64,000 nt of DNA from Lama glama. Taxonomy: Eukaryota. The notes under the pieces were generated by a model. The model had not been told where the DNA came from. It was given only the letters and a program-made list of their open reading frames with translations, and searched no databases. The DNA lies in NCBI GenBank assembly GCA_028534125.1, contig CM052828.1, forward strand, positions 61,008,001 to 61,072,000. The letters are read 5' to 3'. The position numbers and the translations under genes were made by a program. Positions 47,801 to 59,740 of this stretch are shown one piece after another; position 1 is the stretch's first letter; each line of letters starts with the position of its first letter.

Positions 47801-50800
47801 ACACTTTAACTAATGTAAGAAGGTGGTGATGGTGGCTTTTAAACCAGCTGCCAGCTGCCGCTGTTAACACAGTTATAGACCGACTTCTGGCCGTTAGCGT
47901 ACATTCCTTTCAGTCGTATGTTCTAATGCTCTGTAGGTCTTTTTATCATAACCAGACTTGGCTTCTGGGGATAAGTTTCCTGTTTTAATAGTCGGAAACT
48001 TCTGGGCCTCTCCAGAGTGCACAGGGGCCTCTGCTGCTCATTTCAGGTTGTGTCAGTAACACTACTTTGTTGTCCTTTGAAAGCGCAGACCCTCAGCATA
48101 TTTACTAAAAGATTGTTTGCTTGGAAAGTTACTGAACGTGAAATGCCTCCTGATGAAGCGCTCTGTCAGTAGGAAGTGGGGACTCGGGCCCCTCACAGAG
48201 GGCCGCTTGGTGAGAGGGGACCTGTGCGCTCCCATGGCGGCAGGTGGCTCCAGCAGCCCGACCAGGACCGGGGGTGCGTGAGGGGGTGGCGCCCAGGCAC
48301 AGGTGGTGAGCTGCCCTGTGTCCGTCGTTTCCCTGGCTCTGGCACCGAGCCTGCTTTGCCTCGCCTGGGTCTGCAGCTCTCCTGCCTGTGGTGCTCAGGG
48401 CGTCTTTAAAACCTGGACTATGTCAGAAACAAGTTGTGGAGTTTCTCTAGGTTTTTGAAAAGGGATACCCACTCACTGGAAGTGGTTTTAGTGGTCTTAC
48501 CCGAGCACTCTGGGGAGTGGGTTAAAAACAGACCAAAAATTGCATGATTCCCCTGTTTGCCTTTGTTGCTTCTCTCTCAAGTGACAGCTTTTCTTTATGG
48601 ATGTAGATTTCGGTATTTCCTTTATCAGAGGCTTATAGGAAGATATGTGGGGCTACTGTCTACACTCTGCTTTAGACTTAAAATCTTCAGAGCGGCTACT
48701 GTTTATTTTGTGATGATCCCAAGGGTAAAGGGAACTGGGTTCATTGGAGTCACTTCCCTGGAGTCCTGGAGCTGGGGATCCAGGATCTCAGAATGACAAG
48801 CTGGTTGCATGTCCTCCGTGAGTGCTGCCTGGGCCATTTCTACTCTCGGAGCCCTCAGAGCTGGTATGTCACCACCACAACGGGCATGCAGTGGCAGGGC
48901 CTGGTGGTGGCTGATGGCCGCTTCGCTGTAAAACTAGCAGACACCAACTTCTGCCCACCCGTGGAAGCCCTTTGTGTTGAACCGTGCGCCCCTAAACTTT
49001 CCTCCTCCCCTGCAGTGGTGGGAGTGAGCTTGCTCAGCTCAGAGAATCGGTCACTCGGGCCAGAAGGACCGGGAGAGCCCCATTCCATCCCTTCCCTCTG
49101 GCGTCCCAGGTCCAGGTGCAGGTCGTGACCAGGTTTGAGGCCCTCTCTGAGATGGGCAGAGAGCTCAGACTTGAGTCATGGCTTTTCCCGCACCGGCAGT
49201 CTGGGAGAGGTAAAAACACGCAAGTTCACGTAGTGGTTTGGGTCCACAGGGAGGGATAGCACCAGGCGCCCCAGGGCATGGAGAAGGTTGGCTTGGAGGT
49301 TGAGTCCTGCCTCCAGGGCCCCAGCCCGCCTCCGAGAGAGCCTCTGAGGCAGGAGCCTGGGCCACCTGTGCCCAGGGCAGCCCAGAAATTGACCTGTGAC
49401 TTCCCGGTAGTCTTCTGAAGTAAACATTGAACGACAGGTTGGCAAACTGAGTGGATGGGTTTAGAGATGCATTTTCAGAATCGGGGACATTTACAGGGAG
49501 ACAGGACAGACGGGGGGTGGGGGCGACCTAGCCCGGGGGTTTAAGTCGCACAGTAGAATCTCCTCGTGAAATCCGTACTGCTGCAGTTGCAGAAGACACA
49601 AGTACCGAGTTGGATTTTCAAAAACTTGTTTGGTCACTTCTGTCTTTGCCGGAGTTAGCAGGCCTGGTGCACGGTGCGTCCTCGGTGTTCGTGGTGAGAG
49701 ACGGCAACGGGACAGCCTGCGTCATGGCCAGCTTCTCTGCTGCCTTCTCAACCGTGTACGACACCGCCGGGGGTCCTAAGGTAGGAGACGCGGGCCTTGT
49801 GTGTGCACGTGTGTGTGCCTGTCCAGCCTCGGGAAGCCACCTGTGCAGGTCTCCGCTGCGGCAGGGCCTTCAGTGCTGGTGGTGGTCCAGGCGTTTTCCA
49901 CAAGCGCTTTGTGCCCTGCTTTCTCTGTTTTGTGTGAGCCTGCTTCCAGTTTTCTTCATGGCGTCTGAATCATGCTAATTTGCTAAGACATCCCCTGTGG
50001 CTGCGTTTTCTTATGTTCTTCCTATGCCCGGTGTACAGTCTGGGTACAGCTTTTTTGATCTGATGAGTTTGCCTTAGGTGAACTGTTAGCTCCCAGGATT
50101 GCACATAATAGTTGTCGAAATGCAGAGCCACCGTCCTGGGTTGATTACACGTCCCCTGTGGGTTTGTTAAAACAGCTTCGCGCTCCTGCAGGACGAGTGA
50201 GGCCCTTAGCTTTACGAACTTTCTACAGACACACAGCGTTTGTCATTCCACCTTCGTTAATTGCCTGCAGTGGCCATTTCACTCACTTCTCTGTTCAGCG
50301 TTCACTCTTGTAAACAGGTGCCTAGATCAGATTGTGTTTTCAGTGCTTTCCTGGTCCATCTCCGTGTCGAAGACACCATGTCTGTTCGCCAGCACTCAGA
50401 GGCCGGGGGTGGGTGGGACTGCTGGACGAGCCGGCTGGTCCCTCTCACCCCGTTTGTCCTAGCTCCCTGTAAATGTCCAAAGAGAAGGAAACTGGAACGT
50501 TTTGTGTCATAGAAATGGCCTCACATTATAAAGATTGTCCAAGCACTTTTATTTTAATTTCTACTTCACTTTTGTTGGTTTGGATTTTTTAAATACCATT
50601 TTGTCACACATTGATTGTGTTACACAAGTGGGCTCACCCTCTCTCTGTTAGGTGCCTTCCCACTTCACAAAGCATGTCTTTGTTACACACGTGATCTGTC
50701 CCTGTCAGGACGGTGCTGGGATGCAGCTTAACTGGGGTCACTCAGCCGGCCCTGTTCGTGAACTTTGGTGGTTTTCTAGTTGTTTTGCTGGTCACAGTAA

Positions 50801-53800
50801 ATTCAATTCTGCAGTAAACTTTCTATCTTTGTTTATGGAGACATACTCTTTAAGTAAACATTTCTATAGGAAACAAGTAGTAATGGCTTTTTTCCAAATA
50901 AAAGTATACGGTTCATCCTGAAGCCCAACATGAATTATTTCAGTTTATTGAGATAACTTTAGTTTTAATTCTCTATAAATTAAAATTATATGAACGAAGG
51001 AAAATGTTTAGTTCTATGAATAAGTCATCTTTGTGTCACTTGAATTGTTTTTTGGTCCGTTACTGACATGTAAGGCTGACTTTGTTTTGTTTGTACTGAA
51101 AATGAATACATGAGTAGTGATGTCTGAGAGCTGGGTCTGAGTCACGTCAGACTTACAGAAGCTCCGTCTTTGGTGTCTGGGTCCCTTGATGACCTGCCTT
51201 CTCACTGGGCTCTTATTGTCCCTGTGTCTGTCCTAGAATGCCACCTTCAGCCTGCCTTCTGACGCACACGTGCTGAATAGCAGCTTCTGTGGTAAAGGGG
51301 GTGCTTCTGATTCCACCCTCATGATCGAGTTTGGAGGAGGACACACACTGACCCTCAATTTCACCAGAAATGCCACACATTACAATGTCCAGCTGATGAG
51401 TTTTGTTTATAACTTGTCAGACGTACAGATCTTCCCCAATGCAAGCTCCAAGGGTAAGAACCAAGGTTGACCAGCTAAGAGCCAAGAAAAATGGCTTGGG
51501 GGAGTGTCTGAAATTACTGTTACCTAAGCCCTTGAAGTAATTAAAAGTTGGGTGGTTTTTTTTTTTTAACAAGGAACCCAGACTGTGGAGTCCACGCCGG
51601 ACATCGTGGCGGGCATGAACACGAGGTACAGGTGTGTGAGCAGCAGCCAGGTCCACATGGGCAGCATGACCGTTACGCTGTGGGACACCACCATCCAGGC
51701 CTACCTGCCCAGCAGTGGCTTCAGCAAGGAGGGTGAGCGCTTCCCGCCAACCCCCTCTCTGGAGATGGTGACCTCTTCAGATGAGGGTGAAGGAGTGGCC
51801 ATCAAACCAGGGTGAAGGGGCGAAGCTGCTCAGACTCTCTCTTGTTCCCCTTGTTCCAGAGCTAGTGGGACCCCTGAGTGTGCCTGGCCACGCCACCTGT
51901 GGTCTCGGGTGAGCGGTGAGCCTCTTGTTCCTTCTTGTGTGAAATGAGGGTGGTGAGCGTCTGGGAAGGTGTCGGGATTCGGGCAGAGTGCGCCTCAGGG
52001 TGCCCAGTACAGAGTGTGCAGAAGACAGCATTGTCACTTTACTACAACTGAAGAGGGTTCCCTCCCCACGTCCTGTCCCCCAGCTCACAGGTCACTGCCA
52101 TTTCCTGGGGTGGGGGGCTCTGTGTTCAGGCCTTGTACCGCAGCCTTGCCCGGCACTTCGGAAGGGACTGGGCTGCAGGTCTGCGTGGTGACTGGCGTGG
52201 GGCCTGCTCCCTGTTGGGCTGCATAGCCAACAAGGTGAAGATGGTGTTTATGCTTGTAAATTTGAGGTTAAAACCAAAAGAACATTTCATGACATAGGAA
52301 GATGACATGAAAACAAGTCTCAGTGCCCATAACTAAAATGTCATTGGGACACAGCTGTGGTCATGCCCTCACTTCGTCTCGAGGCTGCCCTCACGCTCGC
52401 CGTGCAGAGCTGAGTTGGGACGGGCGCCAACGGCCTCAGAGTCTGTGATGCCCGCCATCTGGCCCTCCACAGAGAAGGTGTGCTGACCCCTGACCAGACG
52501 GGAGAGTGTTAGCGGTGGGGCTGGAACTGAAAGAAACCCAGTGTAGGGGGAGACACTGCCAGCAGCGGGAGTGCAGGACCCAGCGGTGGGGGTTCCAATG
52601 GAGCTGGGCTTGGCTGCCTGCTGTGCGGCCCCCAACCCCAGCCCGGAGGAGCCCTTCACCAGGAGGCTCCCCTCTGCCGGCCTGGGTGCTGTGTGTGAGG
52701 GCAGCAGCCCCCTCGGTGGACAAGAGGTGACCCCTGTCAGAGTAGCTCCCTGGGGGTCAGGGCACTGAGAGAAAGGCTGGGGGCCAGTCACATGGGCGGT
52801 CACAGGTCTCAGAGCTGGGCTCCCACCCAGCAGAGGAGGCAGCTCGCTTGGGTCTCGGGAGCGGGACCCCGCCTGGCTGTGGACTCGCTGCAGCCACCTC
52901 GTTGCTCACGGGCCCAACCCCCGCCCCCCCACCTGTGCAGCTCTTCTTCGAGGGCTGTGAAGTTGGACATGTAGGCTCATTCTGTTTTTAAGGATAAGCA
53001 ATTACTTTGTTTTTTAAGTAGACTCTGTTTTTTAGAGCAGTTTTGGGTTCACAGCAAAACTGAATGGGAGGTACAGAGATTTCCCACGTGGGCACAGCCC
53101 CTGCTGCCGGCGTCTGCCCAGTGATCCCTTCCCTGATGGGGGTGTGTTCACGCAGCTCCAGGTGGAGGAGGAGGTGTGAGGCTGCCCTCAGGCCTGGGCC
53201 CCTCCCCAGAGGCATTCTTGTGTCTGGCACAGGGTTACCTGTGGTCCCCTTCCAGCCTGGGAGTCCAGGCTTGTTGGGAGTTGGTTGTGGGTGGCCGCCC
53301 ACTCTGTTCCGTGTGGTCGCTGGTCAGAAGCAGGGCTGCTGCGGTCACCTGCACTTGCAGGAGGGTCTGAGACACGGGAACACCTCCCCGGTGGCCTTGG
53401 GTCCCCTGATGTTATGTTCAGTCAACTGCGCGGGTGTGTGTGTGCGTTTTGGAAAGGAAACTGGCTTTTCCTTGAGACACTGTTGCACTCTCTCGGTAAG
53501 TGCTGCTGGGAAGAGGCGGGGATGGGACGTCTGTGGAAGGGCCTGTGGAAGAGCACTGGCGTCCTCTGTGTCCCCCTGCGGGGCTGAGGGCTGGGCTTGT
53601 TCTCAGGGCACATTCTCTGCGGTGACCCCTTGTCAGCCTGGACATGGCTCTGAGATGGGGTGTCAGCAGGAGCAAAGGGGCCCGGGCCCCCCAGCTGGCA
53701 GCGGCCGTTCTTGGCCTGTGCCCCCACCTCCTCTCGGGAGCAGCTCCCGCCCCACCTTTCATGACCCATGGCCCCTGCTTGACCTGCCACAAGCAGGGTC

Positions 53801-56800
53801 CGGTCTTCGGCAGCCTGAGTCCTAGGAGCACCCTCAGCCATCCTGTCTTTTCCCGTGTCATCGTCCTGAGAAGTCTGGGAGGACTCGCTCTCTTGTCTAT
53901 TTCATTGATGAAAAGTCCTGAGAACAGGTGTCTGGAGGCCGGAGTGCTTGGCAAGTGGGTCACCAGTGTCATTGGGCCGCCCCCAGGCCCACGTGGGGTC
54001 AGTGGGTTTGGACTGAGGCTCATGCACCACAGGATTCGGATTTTATCTGTGAGATGTGACGCGTGGGTTCTTGGGAGCTTTTCCATGAGCATTCCAAGGT
54101 CAGAACAGAAGCTGCTTTTAAATACCGTTCATCATAAAAGTCACTCCCTGCCCAGCCTGGCCGTGTTAATTCTGTAGTCTCACCCCTAGCCCAGCCTGAC
54201 AGTGCATCAGTGCTGAAATGTCTCCTTCCACCTGGGACCCACGGCAGCGCGCAGGGTCGCTCGGGGCCTTCAGGGCTCATCGGTGTCTGAGCCATGGGAA
54301 GGGCACCTGGAAGGGTGTGTGGCCCCCATCCTCCCCGAGGGTGATTTATGGTGGTTCTTGATCAGGCCGGGTAGTGTGTGGAGTCTGCGTTTTAACTCAG
54401 GTGGAAGGAAGAAGGCTTGTCGTGGTGCGTCTTTCTAAAACCCTGGATTTTCCCGCCTGGTGGTTAGACCTGCAGTGTGTTGTTCACGTTTCCAAGTTGA
54501 CGTTTGGTGAGCGTGCTGTGAGGACGCGGGCCATGTTAAAGTGGCTGTCAGCTGGGCGTAGGTCTGCCCTGTGGGCCTCGTGTGGTCCGTACACCAGGAG
54601 CTGCACGTTTCATTGTGCTATGTCTGTGACAGCTGGCGGGGAGGCTGCCATCAGTGGTGTGAGAGCCCTGCGGCCACCTGCAGCTTGATGCGGAGCCCGG
54701 GGTGACCCACTTCCAGAATTTCTGGCTCCTGCTTTTGCCATTTAACTCCCTGCCTAGAGGGGGTTTCCTGCTACCACGTGGCCCCATGGGAAGGCAGACG
54801 GGGTGAGTTGAACTTCCAGAGCGAGTGTGGTCACCCGTGGGACAGTCCTGGGGCAAGGCCTCCCGTCTCCTCCCCCAAGTCAGCGGGACGTGGAGGCCGA
54901 GTCAGCAGCTGAAAAGAATGGACGTTTCCCCCAGGCTGCGAGTTAGCCGTGAAAGGGCAGCGGGCGCATGGCCGCCGGTCCTGGGCAGCTCCCACTCGGG
55001 GTGTCTGGCCGGCGTCCCGAGGCTCAGCCCAGCTGTCGTGGGGGAGGGGAACGCAGGCGGAAACTGGGGACATTACTCGCAGCCTGTCAACTGTCCGCAG
55101 AAGTAAGTGCTAAGTGCTACAAAAAAGAGCCTGGTGTGGGGGCTGGTGTCCCGGAAGCGCCCGTGTCTTAGTGTTCAGAGTGGTGCTCTTCGTGGAAAGT
55201 GTGTCTGTCTGTCTGTCTGTCCCGGTAGAAGGTGCTCAGTTACCCTTCGACTTCTGGCTCCGTCAGCCTGGACTCTGACAGCCACGTGGAGCAGATGCTG
55301 AGGGGTGGGGTCGTGTCCCCCGGGCACGCCGGGCCTTCTCTCTGTTGCCCGGCCACGCTCCATCCTCCATCGTTTCCTGATTGTTGTCTCCTGCTGTGAG
55401 GTCTCACTCCACTTCCTGGGCCTTTTCTGCACTGAGAAGTGAATGCCCCAGGCCCCGAGGCTCAGCTCTGACCTTTTCTGTTGGCCACCTGATGCCCATC
55501 CGTCCGAGGGCCGCCTCTGCTGCTCCCTAGGGGCACTGGGCCAATGACACAGGCTTGTAACGGTGTGTGTGTGGTACCGGTGCCCCTGCGGCTCCCCTAG
55601 AAGTGGCTCCAGCACCATCCTGGCGCACAGGAGCTCAGCGTGTTTGAAATGTTGCTGTCTCAAGTGGCATGTGTGTGGCTGGCTGTCCAGCCGCCCAGGA
55701 TGGAGTTCAGGTTTTCCTTCCTGACTACACGGTGGGAAGGGAAGGTCGCTTGTGCAGAAAAAGACTTCTTCATGGGCATGGGGCTGCCCCGATGCTTGGA
55801 CGGAAGGGCATCCCGTCAGGGCTGTGGGGCTGGGGTGGGAGTAGGGTCAGGGGCCGGGCGCCCACCTGGCTGAACAGCGTGTCTTGCAGTGACACACCCC
55901 CGCCCTGCATTTCCAGAGTGGCGGGAGAGCAGGCTGGCCTGAGAGAACTGGGTGTCCTGCTCTGCCGGGTGGAGCTTCTTGAGAGTCTGCTGGGGTCCCG
56001 GTGGGCTGGGGTGGCCCAAGTTCCTGGTGGGGCCTTCCCGCAGGCAGCGCGACTCATCCCACCGTCCTGCAGAGACGCGCTGCGAGCGGGACAAGCCTTC
56101 ACCGGTCACCCCGACGGCGCCGCCGGCACCTCCACGCCCCTCGGTGACCAGGTACAATGTGACCGACGGCAACAGGACCTGCCTGCTGGCCACCATGGGG
56201 CTGCAGCTGAACGTCACCTACAGCCGGAAGGATAACACGGTAGGCCCTGCCCTGTGTGTCCTGGGACCCCAGTGCCCCCAGCTGATGGCACGCAGCCATA
56301 CCCCAGTTTCCACGCAGGCTGCTGCTTCTGAGGCGGCAGGACTGAGCCATCCTGATGGTGGCAGCAATGTGTGCTGTTTGTCACCACGGACGGGGGTGAC
56401 CTGAGAGAAGGCTGAGCCAAGCACTTCACTGCCAGACACTCGAGTCATTTCCATGCTCTTCCTTTGAGATTGTTTCTCCCCAATGGTGACAGAGTCTGAG
56501 GGGTGGCAGGTCCCTCGCTTGTGACACATGTGGAGAGTAGCGTCAGGGGACAGGGTGAGGGGGCCCTGCCCACTCCTGCAGGGACGTCTTTCTGAAAGCA
56601 GCCAGGAGGAGCAGAATTGTTGTGAAACCAGAAATCTGCCTGCACGCACTTGTAAAGCTCCCTTCTGGTTCTCGGTAACGGGACCGTGCCCTCAAAAGTT
56701 CCTGCTTCAGGCTGCCTGTCTTTGCAGGGGGACCTGCCATGAGGGGACATGTAACCTTTCGGCTTTTTTCACTCAGACTGTGACCAGAGAGTTCAACGTC

Positions 56801-58146
56801 AACCCAAACAAGACCACGTTCAGCGGGAGCTGCACCGCCCAGCTGGTGACCCTGCTGCTCCAGAGCGAGGGCCTGGCCCTCCTGGCCTTCCAGTTTGGGA
56901 TGGTGAGGCTCCCGCCCTGCACCCCACCCACCGCCCTGCCTCCCCTGTCCGTGGGTCTCCGGATCCGTGGCTCCCCCACCCCTTTTCCAAGAGCAGATGC
57001 CTCTGCGTTCACTCCACGGACGGCATGCAGGCCTCCTGCACCCACCACACTGTGGAGGGAAGGGCGTCCGAGACCTCAGACACGGTCCTCGGCCCTGCGC
57101 AGGGGTGGCGCCCCCCTCACTTTCTCTTTATGTGTCCCCTGGGGAGGTGTACAGGTAAAGTCAGCAAAGCACTGTGGGAAAAGCGTAAGTGCCACCGGTG
57201 AATTACTGTGACATGCTTTGCGGACCAGCTGCTTAACAGCTGGGTTTCTCTGATAAAGTTGGCTTTTTCGGAGTCTGGCTCCTGCAGTCCCCATTTTAGC
57301 AGAGAATGTGGTTGTGTGGTGAGGTCTGAAGATGCTAATCAGAGCTTGTGTTCCCCAGACAATAGGGCGCTGTGTGCAGACGGGACGCCCCGCAGCCGGG
57401 GCACAGGGGTCACGTGCACCACCAGGTGACTCCCCCCCCCCCCGTCTGTGGGCACAGGAGCCGGGGATCATTAAGGGTTGTCTCTTTCTCTTGAAGAATA
57501 CGAGCTCCAGCCAGGTTTTCCTGCAAGGGATCCAGCTGAACATGACTCTGCCTGACGCCAGAGGTAAGTACCCCCCCCCACCCTCCCGCCCCCGTTCAGG
57601 CGCCCCGAGCACACACTCCACTGCCTTTGCAGACCCCACCTTCGGAGCCGCCAACAGCTCACTGAGGGCGCTCCAGGCTGCTGTCGGGAACTCCTACAAG
57701 TGTAACGCGGAGCAGCGCGTGCAGGTCACCGAGGCCTTCTCCCTCAACATGTTCAGAGTGTGGGTCCAGGCCTTCCAGGTGGATGGGGACAAGTTTGGGC
57801 CTGGTGAGTAGCGAGGAGGGCACGGGTCAGACCACGTGGGGACTGGTGGCGGGCCCGGGGACCCGGTTCCCCTCCCTGCCCTGCAGCACCTCGGCTCCAG
57901 GGGCCTGGCCTGTCGGCAGAGCATGGGTGGGGGCCTCCCCGGGGGGTCGGGTGCCCTGGGGGTCAGGTCTCGGGCCCCGGAGGTGCAGTGGCCATCTGTC
58001 CTGCAGTGGAGGAGTGCCAGCTGGACGAGAACAGCATGCTGATCCCCATCGCCGTGGGCGGCGCCCTTGCAGGGCTGGTCCTCATCGTCCTCATCGCCTA
58101 CCTGATTGGCCGGAAGAGGAGCCACGCTGGCTACCAGACCATCTAG
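44806..58146 (+). CDS. LAMP1: Lysosome-associated membrane glycoprotein 1, 9-exon CDS span (~406 aa)
   Basis: Signal peptide MAAPGGARPRPLLLLLL, two LAMP luminal domains, Pro/Thr hinge, TM segment LIPIAVGGALAGLVLIVLIAYLIG and tail RKRSHAGYQTI (GYXXphi). Exons sum to 1221 nt in frame. Confidence 0.98.
49659..49780 (+). CDS. LAMP1: LAMP1 exon 2 (122 nt; alternative start 49662)
   Basis: ttag|cag|GCC tandem acceptor; (A)GLVHGASSVFVVRDGNGTACVMASFSAAFSTVYDTAGGPK; |gtagga. Confidence 0.92.
51237..51453 (+). CDS. LAMP1: LAMP1 exon 3 (217 nt)
   Basis: cctag|AATGCC; NATFSLPSDAHVLNSSFCGK...FPNASSK(G); |gtaaga. Confidence 0.96.
51574..51732 (+). CDS. LAMP1: LAMP1 exon 4 (159 nt)
   Basis: poly-T aacaag|GAACCC; TQTVESTPDIVAGMNTRYRCVSSSQVHM...GFSKE(E); |gtgagc. 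Confidence 0.94.
52163..52492. mobile_element. MER58B-like hAT-Charlie DNA transposon (MITE)
   Basis: catttcatgaca...cagtgcccataactaaaatgtcattgggacacagc...atctggccctccacagagaaggtgtgctgacccctg follows the MER58B consensus through its terminal inverted repeat. Confidence 0.75.
53005..53160 (-). mobile_element. Old LINE-1 3'-end fragment (L1MB/MC type)
   Basis: ttttttagagcagttttgggttcacagcaaaactgaatgggaggtacagagatttccca. Confidence 0.65.
56073..56239 (+). CDS. LAMP1: LAMP1 exon 5 (167 nt, hinge)
   Basis: ctgcag|AGACGCGC; TRCERDKPSPVTPTAPPAPPRPSVTRYNVTDGNRTCLLATMGLQLNVTYSRKDNT; |gtaggc. Confidence 0.96.
56777..56902 (+). CDS. LAMP1: LAMP1 exon 6 (126 nt)
   Basis: actcag|ACTGTG; TVTREFNVNPNKTTFSGSCTAQLVTLLLQSEGLALLAFQFGM; |gtgagg. 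Confidence 0.96.
57497..57563 (+). CDS. LAMP1: LAMP1 exon 7 (67 nt)
   Basis: ttgaag|AATACG; NTSSSQVFLQGIQLNMTLPDAR(D); |gtaagt. Confidence 0.95.
57633..57803 (+). CDS. LAMP1: LAMP1 exon 8 (171 nt)
   Basis: ttgcag|ACCCC; PTFGAANSSLRALQAAVGNSYKCNAEQRVQVTEAFSLNMFRVWVQAFQVDGDKFGP(V); |gtgagt. Confidence 0.96.
58007..58146 (+). CDS. LAMP1: LAMP1 exon 9, coding part (TM and cytosolic tail)
   Basis: ctgcag|TGGAGG; EECQLDENSMLIPIAVGGALAGLVLIVLIAYLIGRKRSHAGYQTI-TAG. Confidence 0.97.
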
Positions 58147-58853
58147 CCGCCCGCCCACGCACCAGCGATGGCTGCAGAGGGAGGGAGGGGCCCACTTCCT
58201 TGCAAACTGGTTTTCAAACCTGCTTTATCCAATGTGAGGTTTATCCAGCAGCATTTACTATGCACAAGAGCAGCCACGGAAATGATGGTGTTACCTTTGC
58301 TAACTGGGTTAAGTATTTTGCTAACTGGTTAAATGTTGATATTTACCAAAGTAGACTCTAAGGGGGGCGGGGGGTAGAGTGCTTTTCTACACGGGCACTG
58401 GCTCCACTTCGTTCAGCTTCTCAGATTCTGGTGTTCGGTCTCCTCACTCAGGTTTAGGCCTTATAGCAGGAGGGTGTCCAGTCCTGACACCTGCCCAAGG
58501 GCGGCTGTGGCCACGAGGCTGGCGTGCTGAGAAGGCAGTGGAGGACGAGTCTAGGCCAGCAGCACAGGAGACGAAGACCTGGGGTGGGAGCCAGGGTGGG
58601 CCTGGCCCCTCGAGTGTCAGGGTCCGGGTCCTGTCCCCACGCTCTGCTGCTCAAGAGCTGGTACTTTTTTAAATAGGAGAAAATGGGTGTTATTTTACTT
58701 TTTTGTCAAGTGGTTTTCAGGCTTCTGTTGGAGGTTGGGGTGACCTTGTCGCACTGTGTACAGTAATCGTTCAGTCTGATTTATCGCTTGCAGCTCAGTG
58801 GGCTGTGCACTGAGGGTCCGTCCCGTCCTGGGACGCGAGGCTGCAACAATGCT

Positions 58854-58859
58854 AATAAA
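58854..58859 (+). terminator. LAMP1: LAMP1 polyadenylation signal
   Basis: AATAAA about 710 nt after the stop, followed by T-rich sequence. Confidence 0.8.
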
Positions 58860-59734
58860 GCGTCTTTTTGTTCATCCGTCTGGACCTCTTGCCTCTGTCG
58901 GCTCCTGTGAGAGGGCGTGTGGGGGAGTTGGGGTGGGCCCGATTCTTTGGAGGGAGGGCTGATAGGCAGCTGGTCCTCTGGGCAACTTGAGAACTCGGTG
59001 GTGGGGGAGGGGGTCAGGCCTCTGACAGCACGGCGTTTGGAGCCTAGTGGTGCTGGAGACACCTCGGCCGGCGGCAGCAGAGGCCTTCGGAGCCAGGGCT
59101 CGGGCCTGAGTCAGCCAAGACCTGTGTTCTCAGAGGGTCCCTGGCCTAGGTGGACAGTGGCCCACACGCCGTGCCTAGGGCCTGCCCCAGAAACTTACTT
59201 AGGTTGTGTGGTCTGCTACATCCAGTCCTTTTCACACCAGGCCCTGCTGGGTGGGGCTGGCCAGGGACACGAGGTGGGCAGGGCCCTGGTGGCAGCACAG
59301 CCATGGTTTCCCCGTGTCCGTCTCCCCAGGGTGGAGCCCAGGTGAGAGAAACTGGCAGCTGGCCTGTCACATGGGGCTCAGGCCCTGGGGGTGAGGGGCA
59401 GAGTGCGACGTTAGATGTGCATCTGCCCAGGGGGCAGAGGCTTCCAGGGGCCCAGCAGGTCCCTGTGGGCCTGGGCAGGCCCCATGGTGCGCTGGTTTGC
59501 TTCTGAGAAGGGGAACTTCTGTCACTTCGGCTGCTTCCAGGAAGAACCCCCGTCCCCACGTGGCCCACGCAAGGCACTGCCTGCCCAGGTGGCAGGTGTC
59601 TGCAGAGGCAGAGGGGGTCGGGGTTGGGGTGGAGGGCTGGGGTCCGGCCCTGAGAGGAGGAGTCCGGGGTGACACAGCCACATCGGCATGGAGGGCCCGC
59701 ATCAGACTGGCAGCCCCTGAATCTTACTGTGCGC

Positions 59735-59740
59735 TTTATT
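59735..59740 (-). terminator. GRTP1: GRTP1 polyadenylation signal
   Basis: tttatt on + (AATAAA on -), about 345 nt past the stop. Confidence 0.75.

Noticed and set aside
53064-54177. 253-, 224- and 177-aa ORFs in LAMP1 intron 4
   Set aside because: No recognisable homology, mutually overlapping on both strands, and one begins in an L1 fragment
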